Assembly (NCBI GenBank): GCA_004431415.1
Contig: QPMI01000516.1
Location: 124,001-188,000, forward strand
DNA length: 64,000 bases
Reading direction: 5' to 3'
Origin: Cyanophora paradoxa CCMP329
Lineage: Eukaryota > Plantae > Glaucophyta
Positions 37,896-50,596 of the stretch are shown in pieces. The notes below the pieces were generated by a model. It did no database searches. It had not been told where the DNA came from and worked only from the letters and a program-made list of their open reading frames with translations. Position 1 is the stretch's first letter. Each line of letters opens with the position of its first letter. The position numbers and the translations under genes are program-made.

Positions 37896-40410
37896 ATGCC
37901 GCGGGATGTCGAATCAACCGCATGCGCAGCAGCGGGAGCGATCGATGTCAATGCGCTGCCGGATGACGTTATGAGAGAGAAGCTGTTCCGTGCGTTCGGT
38001 TTCGAGGCGAGCTGGGCCCTGCGGAGCGTGTGCAGGTCCGATAGAAATTTCTGCTTGTGCAGTGCGCGCGCCCTTCAGTTCGAATTCCGACTTAGCGGGA
38101 ATTTCGACGTCAGGCGGTGGCGGCAAGTTATCGAGCAGACGGAGTGGCCGGACGTGGATCTGCGGATCAAGTGCGACAGAACAGCTGCAGCTGTAAACTG
38201 GTTTGAAATGTAATCTCCTGCGCATGCGGATGGCCCCTGCAAAATAAATTATGATTATTAAGAGCGGAACCTGACACCAAAGTCAGCGGCGCGGGACATA
38301 ACTGCCTGTCGGCGCTCTCGGCCGTCGAGAACGGCAGGCTTCGGCTCGGAGGCGCCAGCCTCTGCCTGCGGGTGGAGCTACCATCTGGCCCGTTCGCCAT
38401 CGCGGGCGCGGACTCGGGCATGATGTTTGCGGTGTGCAGGCTCCTCGCAGCAATCACGACCAGCGGCTCGCGATCGGTGCTGCCGCGGCCAAAGCAGGCC
38501 GTAGTTGAGCTTCTCGGGGGCCCGTGCCCTTTTGATTTTGACGTCGACGATGAAGACCGTGAAGCCGTCGATTACTCTGGCTTCGTCAGCGCCTACCTGC
38601 TCGGCGTGCTGCGGGCGCTGCGGCCGGCGGAGGGGGCGGCCAGCACTCTGGAGAGCCTCAGTGTTGGCATCACTCACGAGGAGTTCGCGCGCCCCAGATA
38701 CCTCGGCTACCCCGGCCGGTCGCCGTACGCGTGGCCGCGAGCCAACGAGCTGCAAGCCGCCCTCGCCCCGTTTGGCCAACTCCACACCTTCACTGTCTCT
38801 TTCAACGGGTCGGATTCCGGCGTCGGCCCCGATGCCGCAGCGGCCATCGCCAACTGCTGCCCTCTCCTCCGCTCCGTCAGCCTCCGCCCATTCGATCGCG
38901 AGTTGCAGATGCCCGCCGTAATGGCGGCTCTCGCGCGTCTGGGGCGGCTCGAGCACCTGGTTCTGATGCTGGATGGTGACAGCGTTCCCCACGGAGGCGG
39001 CCTCGGGTTGGTGCAACTCGCCGATGGCGCCGCGGGGAGAAGCCTTCGGAGCATCGACTTCGTTGGCAAGAGGAAACTGTACAAGCGCGCGACGGAAAAT
39101 TGCGTTGGGGTTTTGATAGCGATTCATTCCTCTAATCATCAATGTTCTGAATTGGCCGCGCTGTGGGGGAGGTTCAAATTTAGCTGGCCGCAGGGAAGGA
39201 GAGTTTCCGAGTAGATCCACTTCGTGCCCGGATTTCGAGCCTTTGCATGTTCCAATCAGTGACAGCGAGCTGCTCGCCCTGAGCAGCATGCCCAACATCG
39301 AGTTCATTGGAACGCTGTGGGTGCGAATTCCGAGTCGGATTCGAAGCCTGTTTGCTGGCCTCGCCCAGTTTAATTTACGTCGCCGGATTAATATTTTCGC
39401 TCTCAGCTTCGCTCTCTACGCGTGTCACCTGCAGCCATTCTGGCATTTGGCCGCAGCCCGACTCTGCGTGAGGTATCCTTGGCTATCGGTTATCCTGGAG
39501 CCCTGGTGGATGCGATTTCCATCGTGCATTCTATCTATGCCCTGGTGGATGCGATTTCCATGGCCAGCCTGCAGCTGTCTCGTCTGGAAAGGCTCAAGCT
39601 TTCCGTGCACGTGTATGCATGCTTTCATGCTTATCAATTTGAAAGCTACGGCGTCGTCGTCGCCGTTCTCGGGAGCCCCGGCGTGCATCACGCCCTGCAG
39701 CTGGTGGATTTGGAGCTGATCCTCGACTCCAAACGGGATCCCACTCCTCTGCGCGCCATCGCCGAGGCGATTCACACCGTTCATATCGCACTCACGGAAA
39801 GGCTGAATTCATGCAAGTTGATACTGGATGGTGAGCTGGACCCGACGATCTCCGCGCGCCCCGCACCTGTTGTCACGTTCTGTACTGATCATGATGACCA
39901 TTGAATATTGCTCTGCTTGTCAGATTGTCGAGCGGACCGCGTTCTCGCAGTGTTCGAGGCCGCCGGCGCGCAGGGGGCCCGGGCCCTCGCGGCCCCGTCC
40001 CTCCAGTACAGACGGAGGCCGCTGGAGGAGGCGGAGGCGGCGGCTGTCGTGGCGCTGCCGTCCCTCCGCCGCCTCCGAATCCGATCCGACCGCGAGATCG
40101 ACTCCGCCAGCCCCTCCTCCGTACGGCCCTTCGAGGTGCTCCCATATGCATATGCATGCATATGGCCTTTACTGCCTCGCTGCGATATATAGCAGGCCTT
40201 TATTTTATATGGCACACGCATATGGCCTCTATGTAACAGGCCAATGAATCACAATTAAATACACGAGGCCAACCCAAACCTCCCGTTAACTTCGGCCAGA
40301 TCCTCCGGAGGCTGCGCCCGGAGGTCTCGCTGGAACTAGCGGAGTGGAGAAAATCACGCGCTACACTGCGAGCCATGTTCGAAGGCCGCCCGTCCTTCAC
40401 GAATCTGTAG
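37896..40410 (+). CDS. F-box/LRR-like protein, multi-exon
   Basis: F-box IDVNALPDDVMREKLFRAFGFEASWALRSVCR|RWRQVIE, followed by degenerate LRRs (CPLLRSVSL, LGRLEHLVL, LSRLERLKL, LPSLRRLRI). Confidence 0.85.
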
Positions 40411-40872
40411 CTACAGTGCTGTTAGCTTCCAGAAATCGATATCATTAATATTCTTTCGAGAATCACAAGCATATATAGCCGCGCGCGGCCGTACGCGTGG
40501 TACACAAGCTGAATTATATAAGGGAGCCCTGAAGCTGAGCCGTGGGCGGTCATTATTGGTATAACCGTTGATGTATCTCGCACAAATCTAGCACGCTCAT
40601 TGATTCTGATCGTTCTGACATCGCCACTAGGAGAGACCCCCCCAAACTACATACATGTTAGCTACAGAGTTACGCTGTATGTGTGCGCCACAGTGCTCGA
40701 GGGGGGCACACATAGGCATTGATATCGCTTTTATAAAAATAGTTTTTTGCAAATTATATACAAAACGGCGAGCGCACATCCCGAAGCCCCTCAAAATTGC
40801 ATTGACGTTGTGGCCCAAAATATCGACAAGGCGAGGCAGCAATGCAATTGCACGCCCTGAAGCTGAAGCCGT

Positions 40873-42745
40873 TCACGCGACGGAGAGACACTCCTCCGCA
40901 GCGGGCGCCTCGGCGAGGACCGACTCCATCGCGTCCGCCTCCGCCTCCTCCTCGGCCTGCGCATGGGGCGGCGAAAGCGCTACAAGTTAGATCATGATCA
41001 GGGATTAGCCGGTGGGTTCAAGGCGACGGGCGCACGATCGCAAGGTCGAGAGCGTCGTCGTCCTCGGCGGCCTGCACCTCTTCGTCGAGCTGGGCCCGGA
41101 CGCGGATCGTGAAGGCTTGGTTCGACGCCTCCTGGTTGCGCGCCTGGATCTGCTGCGTGCCGCTGTCGTAGTGCCAGAAGCCCGCCGCATTGCTGACGTC
41201 CGTCGTGGCAATCTTGACTGCCACGCCGCCTGTCCCGACTGCCGTCAGGCTGGAGTCCTGCACCCACCTGCGCCGGCCGGGCGAGCGTGCACGCATCAGC
41301 TTGAGATATCGATAGGATATCTATACATGCACATGCGCATAGCTCACTTGACGCGTGCGTCGGGGTCGGTCGTCTGCGTGGTCCAGCCGCGGATGAGATG
41401 ACCGGACTTCCAGAAGCTGCCGCAGTTGCTGCTGCAGAAGTTCGGCAAATCGGGAATCCGGCCCTGGTTTCCGAGGCCGTGCCAGCCCTCCGCCTCCAGG
41501 TTGTCGCCGGTGGTGCCCGTGAGGTCATTGTATGACCACAGGAACTTCGCGGCGAGGTTGGCTGGCGAGAGACGTCACACGGCGTCAACGCCATCGCTCA
41601 TGGCGTATGGGATCCAGAGCGTATATATCTGAAGTAGGAAAGAAAATCATTTAAATTCCGCTCACCGGCAGTCGGGTCGCATGTTTCGGCGCGAAGGGCC
41701 CAGTCGCCCCACGCATCCTTTTGGGTTTCGTCGAAGAACAAGCACTTGCTGGAGGCGTTCTGCGACGTCCAAACTCGAATTAAATGAATTTAAATGCAAA
41801 GCTATAGCTAGTCCGGATCGCGACTTCGAATTTCCAGACGCACCTCCTGGATTGTAAACTTCTCGCCCGTTTTGGGAAGCGCAGCCTGCAGCATCGATCG
41901 CGATCGATCATGATCAGCTTTGGCGCCTTGCAGGGCGTCATGGAGCTCATGCGCATCCGTGGTTTTACCGCCGTGTAAACAGGGTCGACGTCAACAATAA
42001 AATTACTAGTGCTGATTATAACGAATTGATCATTGCGCCTTTCGGAATTCGTGGCGCACGTAGTTGGTGCAAACGCCATCGTACACGTAGGACTTGGTTC
42101 GTAGCACACCATCAGTTACGAAGCCCTTGCAATAGTCCGCCGCTTCGGTCTTACTGAAGACTTGAAAATTCCCGAGAGTATTGCCCTTGCAGTCCAGGGC
42201 ATCGTTGCAAGAACCAGAAGTGCCGTAGCTATAGGCTGATGGTGTTTGCAGGTTAGAATTCGCAATTGCTAAAGAAGGAAAGTTCAACGCATGTGCACTC
42301 ACAAGAGCCTAAGGCGCCGATCGAGGTTACAGAGGCCGCGACCGAGGCGTCCTGCAGTCCACGATATCGCGATCGATCATGATATGATGATCAGCTTCGA
42401 ATTCGGGGCCCTAGCGCATCAATCACGACGCCCTATGGAGTGGCGCACGTAGTTGGTGCAAACGCCATCGTACAAGTAGGACTTGGTTCGTAGCACACCA
42501 TCAGTTACGAAGCCCTTGCAATAGTCCGCCGCTTCGGTCTTACTGAAGACTTGAAAATTCCCGAGAGTATTGCCCTTGCAGTCCAGGGCATCGTTGCAAG
42601 AACCAGCAGTGCCTAAGGCTGATCATAATCGCAGGTTAGTATTCGTCAATGAAGGAATCCAGATCTAGATGTACGGCAGTGCGTATGCTCACAAGTGCCC
42701 ATGATGTCGAGCGAATTTGCGAAGTCCGATTCCTGCTGAAGAGAT
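40873..42745 (-). CDS. Cys-containing protein with a duplicated exon and a ricin-B (beta-trefoil)-like region; 5' end not found
   Basis: Two near-identical exons encode GSCNDALDCKGNTLGNFQVFSKTEAADYCKGFVTDGVLRTKSY(L/V)YDGVCTNY. Then FTIQE|NASSKCLFFD...WALRAETCD...KFLWSY (ricin-like pattern) and an acidic tail. Confidence 0.65.
42054..42612 (-). repeat. Tandem exon duplication (~170 bp at ~42054-42225 and ~42443-42612)
   Basis: The copies differ at only a few positions, while the flanking introns are diverged. Confidence 0.95.
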
Positions 42746-43222
42746 GTAGATGCGTAAATTTATAAGCTCGCACTCAGTGACTGCGCATGCGGAACTGCGG
42801 CACTGCGGCACTGCGGCACTTCGCCACAAACCCGAGGCAAAGTTGTAACGCCGTGACGCGTACGGTATACGTATCAGCGCTGCAGCTTTAGCTCTCTAGC
42901 TTTATAGATCTTCAACTCTAAGGCTTCAAAGTTGCCGGTATTGCAGGGCCAGGCCTAGCTATAGCCTAGTAGCTATAGCCTCCTAGGCTGGTCCTGGGCC
43001 CCTGGCTGGATCGCAGCAGCCGTTGCAATTGCGCATGCCAACCGACTTCGAGCTTTAGGCTGCTAGGAGGCTGTGGCCCTATGGAAGCTGCTGCCAAGCT
43101 GGGAGCTCGATCGAGCCTGGGAGCCTGTGGGAGGTGAGGCGGCGGGGCCGGCGGCCGGCGCCGCCCGGCGGCCGCGGGGCCCGCCGGCCGGGGAATCTCA
43201 TAGTAGAGACTCATACTACCGG

Positions 43223-43430
43223 TACCGTGTAACACTTAATTAGTGCACCAGAAATTAATGCGTTTTTGGACCCGGAGTCCCGGACCCCTAGTATTGATAT
43301 TAATGCGGCACCGAATTAATGCGTTTAATTTTGAAGCTTTTTGGTTGCCGTATGGGGATACATACGCATACAGCAGTTTCTTAGCGTTTCGGTATTAATG
43401 CGGTCCCAAATTAATGCGTAGTGAGGGTCA
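43223..43430. mobile_element. Probable DNA-transposon/MITE remnant with TTAATGCG subterminal repeats
   Basis: AT-rich, begins TACCGTG, five copies of (A)TTAATGCG. No matching second TIR found. Confidence 0.4.
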
Positions 43431-44526
43431 TATATATGTTTTTACGATATATATATAATCGATATCATGATTCATGATCCGACGTGGTGTCATATACATT
43501 GTGTCAATATTAATGTCGCCGAGTCGGCGCCGGCGGATGATTTGAAGCCAATCGTACGTTTCGTACCGATTCGCGCCTACTTCGTTACCGTTACGTATAC
43601 TGTCTACGTAGAGGGGTTGGGCTTGCGGTCAAGCCTTTAAGCCAAGGCCTCAAGTCCGCCCCGCGGCTCAAGCCCTTGCCCCGCTTGGCTTGGACTTGCA
43701 ATTGGAAGGGCTCGCAAGTCTGGGAAGGGGGGGGAGAAGGGGGGGGTGGAGCGGCTTCTAGCCGCACTTTCGCGCGGCAAAGGGGCTAGAGTAAGGTACC
43801 CCCCCCTCAAGCCCTTGCCGAGCTTCGCCCGACTCAATTTACGACTCAATTTACGAGTAATTTACGACCGACTTGAACAAGAAAAAGACGTTTTTGTGCA
43901 CGTTGTTTTTTTAACTGTTGGACCGTTAACGTTGAACCGTTGAACCTTCATTTGCGTCGTAAGACAAAACAACTTGCAAAAACAGAATTCGGACCATCCA
44001 TTGGCCCGCCGGGCCGCCGCCGGGGCGCCGGCGCGCCGGTCGGCCCGGGCCGGCGGCGCCGGCGCCGGCCGTCCGGATCCGCGGCCGCCACTGGCCCGCC
44101 ACTGGCCAGTAGGGCTGGGTTCACTGCGTTCAGCTCGCCTACTAGGCTACCCGGGTATGGCCTAATCACTCCCTAACTTGTAATCACTCCCTACTAGAGT
44201 CCCTAGTAGCGACTCTACTAGCGACTCCTAGTAGCGAGTCCCTAGACAGGACCCTACTGCGCTGCCGCAGTGCGTCTGCGCTGCTGAAGACTGCGCATGC
44301 CCGAGCACTGTGCTTGGCAACTTAGATGGATCGCATCTGGCCCATGGGTCATTTCAAGGGCCGGGTCATTATTCGGCGGGCCCCACAGGCGCTGGCATTG
44401 TCGGTTAGTAACGGCTGACTGGGGCTGGCCTCGAGCTGGCAGATTCTGTCCGGTACCGAGTATGCTTCTAGTATGCCAAATGGCGGCCACTGCTTTGGTA
44501 TATTTCACGTGCTATAGTTCTACCTA

Positions 44527-44764
44527 CTGTAAACGTAGGAATCTTCGACAGCGTCTTTATTTCGTCTATATTCGTCAGCCCTGCACTTTGACGAATATTT
44601 GATACTCTTGAACTGAAATTTTGTATGGAGAGGGGTACTAACGGCTGACCCTTCTATGGCGGAGCCGCGGGCTGACGAAAATTTGATGCCGTCGAACCAT
44701 ATTTTCGTCACGAGTTTCGGGTTTTGTCGAAATTAAGTCTCGACGAACATTTCTACGTTTACAG
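44527..44764. mobile_element. MITE (Tc1/mariner-type, TA target-site duplication)
   Basis: TA|CTGTAAACGTAGGAATCTTCGAC ... GACGAACATTTCTACGTTTACAG|TA. Imperfect ~23-bp TIRs, 238 bp, non-coding. Confidence 0.85.
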
Positions 44765-44941
44765 TATCAAGGTATACAGAAGTCTAACTTGGCCAATCGA
44801 ATCTTTTTCCGGGAAATCTTCGAAGATCTTCAGTGCCCAATCAGATCTTCACTGAGTTGCTAGACTCGGGCTGCGCCCGTACTAATTAATATTTGACTCG
44901 GACGCCGGGCCGAGTCCGACGGTCTAGCAACTCGGCCGAGT

Positions 44942-47684
44942 TTAGTCAATCAACTCGGGCGGACGGGGGCGGGCGGACCAGGCCTCGGCTTTCTTGGGGT
45001 GGTCGGCCCCCGCGATGGTCCGCACGTCGCCCCACATCTCCCGGAGCGCCTCCCGCGCCTCGCCGCGATTCTCCTGCGGGCAATCAGCGCGGGCGATCTC
45101 GGGCTCGGCGGGGCGGGCGGGGCGGGCCTTGATCCAGAAGATGGCGTCGAGGACGGTCGTCACGCCGAAGCTCGCCACCCCCTCCGCCACCAGCTTGCCC
45201 GCCCTGTACAGCTTCTCCAGCACCCGCACTGCGTCAGGGGCCTTCAGTGAGGAAGGAGTGTACATGCGCCGCCGGAGAGGCGCACCGGCGGCCTTCGCGC
45301 GGCGGACGGCGTCGCCGAAGCGGTCGTAGTCAGAGCTTGGGCGCACCAAGGCCTGCGCAGGACGGTCACGCGGGCCGCGCTGCGCTCGGGCGGGGCGCGG
45401 GAGCTGGACGGACCTCGCGCGCCAGGTGGGCCGCCGCCTCTGCCCGCCACGACCCCGCCGCCTCCGCCCGCTTCGCAATCTCCTTCAGGCGCGCGCCCAG
45501 CGGCTTCACGACCGCCTCATGGCTCAGCCGCCGCGCCTCAGCTGCGCTCCCATCAGCGGAGGAGAAGCGGGGCGGGGCGGAGGCCTGGGCGAGGGGGGCG
45601 GGGCGGGCCTTCGGCGGGCGGGGCGGCGGCGGCGGCGGCCTCGAGGGCGGAGAGCGCCGCGGCGACGAGCTCGAGCCGCGCGAGGTCGTCGTGGTCCTCC
45701 AGCCCCGCCCCCTTCACCCCCTCCAGCTGCGTCCAAGTCAGAGGGGGGTGGCGGTCGCGAAAGCGGGCGAGGGAGGCGGGGAGGGGAGGCCGGGGGTAGG
45801 GGGTGAGGGGAGGTGGGTGGTGGGGAGGGGGTCGCGGGGTGGGGTGGGGACAATGGAGGGGCGGGAGCGGGATGGGAATGGGCGGGGGAAGCGGAGGAGG
45901 GGGGGGGAGGAGGAGGGGGGATTGCCAGGGGAAGGGGGCGAAAGGGAGGGTGGGAAGGGAAGGGGAAGCCGGGGGCCTGGGGTAGGGGGCGGAAGTCGCG
46001 GAAGTCGCGGTGTGGGGAGGGAGGGCGCGGGCGGGTAGGGGCGGCGGGGGGAAGGGGGTTGGGCGGGGGATAGTGGGGGAGGGGATGGGGGCGGCGGGAG
46101 GGGGGGGGGGGGGGGGGCTAGGGGGTTGGGAGGAGGGAGGGACGAAGCGGGGGAGGGGATAGCGGAGAGGGGTAGAGGGTTGGGCGGTGGGGTAGAGGCG
46201 GGTAGAGGGGCGGGGGGGCGAGGGGTAGGGAAGCAGTACGGCGGGATGGGTAGCGGGGGATTGGGCGGCGGGGGAGATGGGGGGTGGGGGGAAGAGGGGT
46301 GGGAGGTAAGGGCGGCGGGGGCGGAGAGGGTGGGGGACGGATGGAGGAAGGGAAGAGGGTGGGCGAGGGGGGCGGGGCGTGTAGGCGGGGCGGGGGGCGG
46401 AGAGGGAGCGGGGGAGAGAGGGGGAGGGGGGCAGGGGAAGCGGAGGGGCAAGGGCGGGGGGAGGAGGAGGGGGCTAGGTCAGATCGGGCGGGGTATCGCA
46501 CCTGCTCCGAGCAGAAGTCGAGGAGGACGCGCCAGTCTGCGGAGGTGAAGGCGCCGGCGCCCTGCGGGAGGCAGCCGAGCGCCCCCACGAGCGCCGCCAG
46601 CGCGCCGCTGTCCGCCAGCGCCGCCCCTTCGCCCGTCCGATCAGCTCGTTCGCCAGCTGCGCCGCTTCGAAGTCAGGCGCGGCGCGGCGCGGCGCGGCGC
46701 GGCGCGGCGCGGCGCGGGCGAGGGCCGGTCCAGCGGAGGGGGCGGGCCGGGGCTCGGGGCGGCGCACCCCGCGACAGAGCTCCGGGTCGGCCGATGCGAG
46801 GAGGCCGCACACGTCCGCCAGGTCCTCCGCGCTCGGCACGCCCGTCTCCGCGAAGGCCGAGAGCGCTGCGGCGAGGCTCAGGGCGCGCGCGCGCGCGGGA
46901 CGGATGCAGTCGAGGCAGCCGCACCGCGCTCGCAGAGCCGCCGCAGCCGCTGCCGCGTGGCGGCGAGCTTCTGCAGCTCGCTGGTGCCGGCGGCCGCCTG
47001 CACGGCCGGCAGCTGCAGCGCGCGCCCGGCCGGCCCGTCCGCGGCGCAGTCCATCCGACGGGCGGCTGCCTCGCCGGCGGCGACGAGGCGGAGGAGGGCG
47101 GCGAGCTGCGCGACGCTGCGCGCCTCCCGCAGCGGCAGCGCCCGCAGCTCCTCCAGCGGCGGCCCCGCGCCCAGTGGCGCCGGCGACTCCTCGCCAGCAG
47201 AGTCCGCAATGTCGAGCGACACCTCCTCCGGATCCAGCGCTATGACGTGGACGGGCTGCGGCTTCGCGTCGCATTCTGCAGCGGCCGCGTCCGCTGCGCC
47301 CGCGGCTGCAGCTTTCAAGCCGCTGCCGCTATCGGCCGCGGGTGCTGCAGAGATCGACGCGGCTGCGGCTTTCAAGTCGTTGGCGGGGGCCTGGGCGGCT
47401 AGCGCTGGTGCGGCTTTGGATTCGCGGTCCGACTCGCAGGTTGCAGTCGCAGGTGCCGGTTTCGGGTCGCCAGCGCAAGAGCTAACGCTGGCGGCCGCGA
47501 GAGCGGCTGAAGCTGGCGCGGCCACGGCTTTCGAGTCGCAGACCGACTCGCGGGCTACAGCTTTCGGATCGCTGGATCGTGCCGCAGCAATCTCTTTTGG
47601 CTCGCGAGCTTTGGCGGGTGCAGCTGGAGCTGGGGCTGGATGCGCAGCTGGGCGCGGTTTGGGCTTGCTGCACCCGCAGCCCAT
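44942..47684 (-). CDS. Hypothetical protein with N-terminal dual-acylation motif (MGCGCSK), multi-exon
   Basis: MGCGCSK start, Ala/Pro linker, then helical exons (LEELRALPL..., FTSADWRVLLDFCSEQ, VRVLEKLYRAGKLV...LDAIFWIK). 3' end uncertain. Confidence 0.7.
45738..46495 (-). repeat. Low-complexity intron (C-rich on the sense strand, G-rich on +)
   Basis: About 750 nt dominated by G runs on the + strand, lying between two coding exons. Confidence 0.85.
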
Positions 47685-48105
47685 CGCAGGCGAAGCGGTC
47701 GCACCCTGAAGGCACGAAAAGCCTCGATGGATGACCTCTGCGCACGACCGAGCGCATCAGCAGCTGCACGCGGGCTCGGCAAGGCGATGGAGGGAGAGAT
47801 CTAGATCAAATGGCCCGCGCACACGCTCCTGAGTCCCGCAGGCACGCAACCGGGCCTGACAGCTGCTGGATCGATGCCGGCCTCTCGTACGCTGCTCGTT
47901 CTACTCGCGCTTGCAATTGCTCGCTCGCTCGCTGCAGCTCGGTGCTGCGAGCCTGCAACGCGTCCAACGTGCACCGCCGCCGCTGGCCGCACCAGCGTAG
48001 CCCCAACGCTTCGCTTCCGCATCGCCATCAGCGCGAAACCGGACCGGCGCGCCTTCGCCTGTACCCCGCAAGACCTTTGTTAAAGTTTGTTTTCGGCCGC
48101 GAAAG

Positions 48106-49944
48106 ATGGGCGACGGCGCCCCGTTCAGCACGAAGGCGCTGGTGGTGAAGAAGCGCGCCGCCCAGACGAGCGCGCCTTGTCGTCCAGGTCTTCGGTTCGC
48201 CGCCCGCCGAGTGTCGCTGCCAGACGTCGCATCTGTTATCTGCGCCAGACATGCTCGGCAGCGGACTTTAGGGAGAAGGACTTTAGGGAGAAGACCCGGG
48301 GTGAGCCATTCTGGCGTAGGGCGCTGCGGCGTCGCAGCCGGCAGCTGCGCAAGGGGCTGCGTTCGAGGCCGCTCACTGGCCGCCCCTCCGCATCGCAGGC
48401 CGGCGCGTCTGGATCCGGGCTGCGGCCGCTTTACGCCGCAGCTCCGCAGCTCTGCGCGAAGCTTTGGCTGCGAGCGCGCGCGGCGGAGAGAATCGTTAGC
48501 TACTCGCCCCTGTCGCGGTCTGCTCTCTCCCGCAGCTCCCGCGCGTACCGCCGCCCCGCCGCCCGCTGCAAGCGCTGCTGAGCGATGCCTCTCTCGCGGA
48601 TCGTTAGCTACTCGCCTCTCTCTTAGCTACTCGACCGGGGGCCCCCGCTCTGCGCCCTCAACCTCGGCGGGGTAGGCTGCATCATGGACGAGGATCTAGG
48701 GTACATGCTCCAGCGGTGCGCGCCCGGCCCACCCCTTTCACCGTCGCCCCGCTCACGCCCACCCCGCAGCTGCTGCGCCGGGCTGCTCGAGCTGCGGTCC
48801 GCCCGTACCCCCCTCTCGCCCCTTCCCCTCCCGACCAGCCGCGGCCGCAGGCTCTTCCGGTGCGGGTGGCTGACGCGGCCGGGGCTGGAGGCGGTCGCCG
48901 CCTGCCCGCGCCTCTCCCTCCTCGTCCTCTCGGGCTGCCGCGGGCTCCACCCCGCCGTGCGCCCCGCCCGCCCCCGCCGCGCCCCTCCCGGCCCCTGATC
49001 CGGTACCCCCAGGACCTGGCGCGGATCCCGGCGCTGGCGCCGTCGCTGACGGCGCTGCACGTGTCGTACTGCCGCCTCTCCGACGAAGCCGTCCGCGCCA
49101 TCGGCTCCGGCCTACCCCTCCTCCAGGTCCCGTACCCCCCTGCACCCCCCACCCCCGTCCTCCCCGACCCGGTACCCCCGCAGGCGCTGAACGTGTCCGG
49201 AACGGACGTGACGGACGCGGGCCTGGACTGGGGTACGCCCCCCGAGGGGGGGTACGCGCTGCGGGAGCTGCACATGCGGCGGTGCGGGCTGCTGCGGGGC
49301 GCGGGGCTGGCGGCGCTGCTGGGGCGGTGCCCGCGGCTCGCGCTGCTGGACGCGGGGCTCAACCGGCGGCTCGACGCGGCCGGCGCCGTCGCCGCCCTCG
49401 CCGCCCGCCGGCCCCCGCTGCGCTCCCCCGACCTCTCCTCGTGCCCGGCGCCCTTCGCCGAGGCCGCCCCGCCGGGCGCCGAGGCCGCCGCCGCCGCCGC
49501 GCTGCCCCCGTCTCTCCAGTCCCTCGCCCTCGAGGACGTGCGTACCCCGCCACGCTTCTCCCCCCCCCCCCCCCCCCCCCCCCACAGTGTCCGTGGGCGA
49601 CGGACGCGTTGACCATCTACCCCCTCCCCGCCGCAGTGTCCGTGGGCGACGGGCGCGTTCGTCGCTGCGGCGGCCGCGCGGCTTCCGAGCCTCACCCGCC
49701 TCGACCTCACCGACGTGCGCGCGTACCCCTCCCGCGCCCCCGCCCGTACCCCTCCCACTTCACCGACCATGCGCTTTGTGCAATCGCAGTGCCCCGGGGC
49801 CGGTGCCGGGGCGGTGGCGGCGGTGGTGGCGTGCTGCCCGCGGCTCGAGGAGCTGACCCTCGACCGCTACGCGTGCCGCCGGTTCCGTCATCGACATATC
49901 GTGCGGGGCTCCACTCTAGATCTGCGCACAGCCGTATCAGTTAG
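48106..49944 (+). CDS. Cys-containing LRR (FBXL/AMN1-like) protein, multi-exon; ends uncertain
   Basis: CPRLSLLVLSGCRGL, LTALHVSYCRLSDEAVRAIG, LQALNVSGTDVTDAGL, LRELHMRRC, CPRLEELTLD. Confidence 0.8.
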
Positions 49945-50596
49945 TCACCTAGTGACCGTTCGGAGGACCTATCGATATCTTCTCATCGCAGTACATGTAC
50001 ATGGGTTCCTCTAGCTATAGCTATAGTAGTAACAATGACCTTTTAGCGACAAGCAATTGCTTTTCGGCGGGTTTGTCCTCTGCTTTTGCTTCTGCTATAC
50101 CTTCCGAAAGTTCTGCCCTCTGGGCAGCCCCCCCAGCGCTAATGTCGAGAGAATGTGACCAGTAAATATATATGCATATGCACACGTACGCCGTGGGCCC
50201 GTGACGTATATATACACGAACTCGGAGGCGAGTCGGAGCTGATGATCCGCGGGCGCCGCGCGCGGCCGGCCGCTGCCGCAGTGCGCGCGCGCGGCTGCTT
50301 TCATGATCACAATTGCGCATGCAAGAAACTCAGCTATATATAGCTATAGCTAGCATGACGCGTACGGCGCCGCGGCCGGCAGGCCTAGGGGGGGGTGGGG
50401 GGGCAGGGGGGCCGTAGGGGTACAACCACGAACTGCCGGAGCTTGGGCTCGAGGTTGCGATTGAGGGTGCAACTTCTCCCTCTAGCGCTCGGCCGCAGAA
50501 CCAGCTTGTCTGGCACGGCCGCTAGGGCTACCCGATCCGGCCGGACGCGCCGAACATCGACGTCACAACTCCGACTCCGGATCGTGTTCGTCAAAC

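Noticed and set aside
43605-43940. CAAGCC-rich transposon end
   Set aside because: Likely TE debris, but no partner TIR or coding remnant allows classification.
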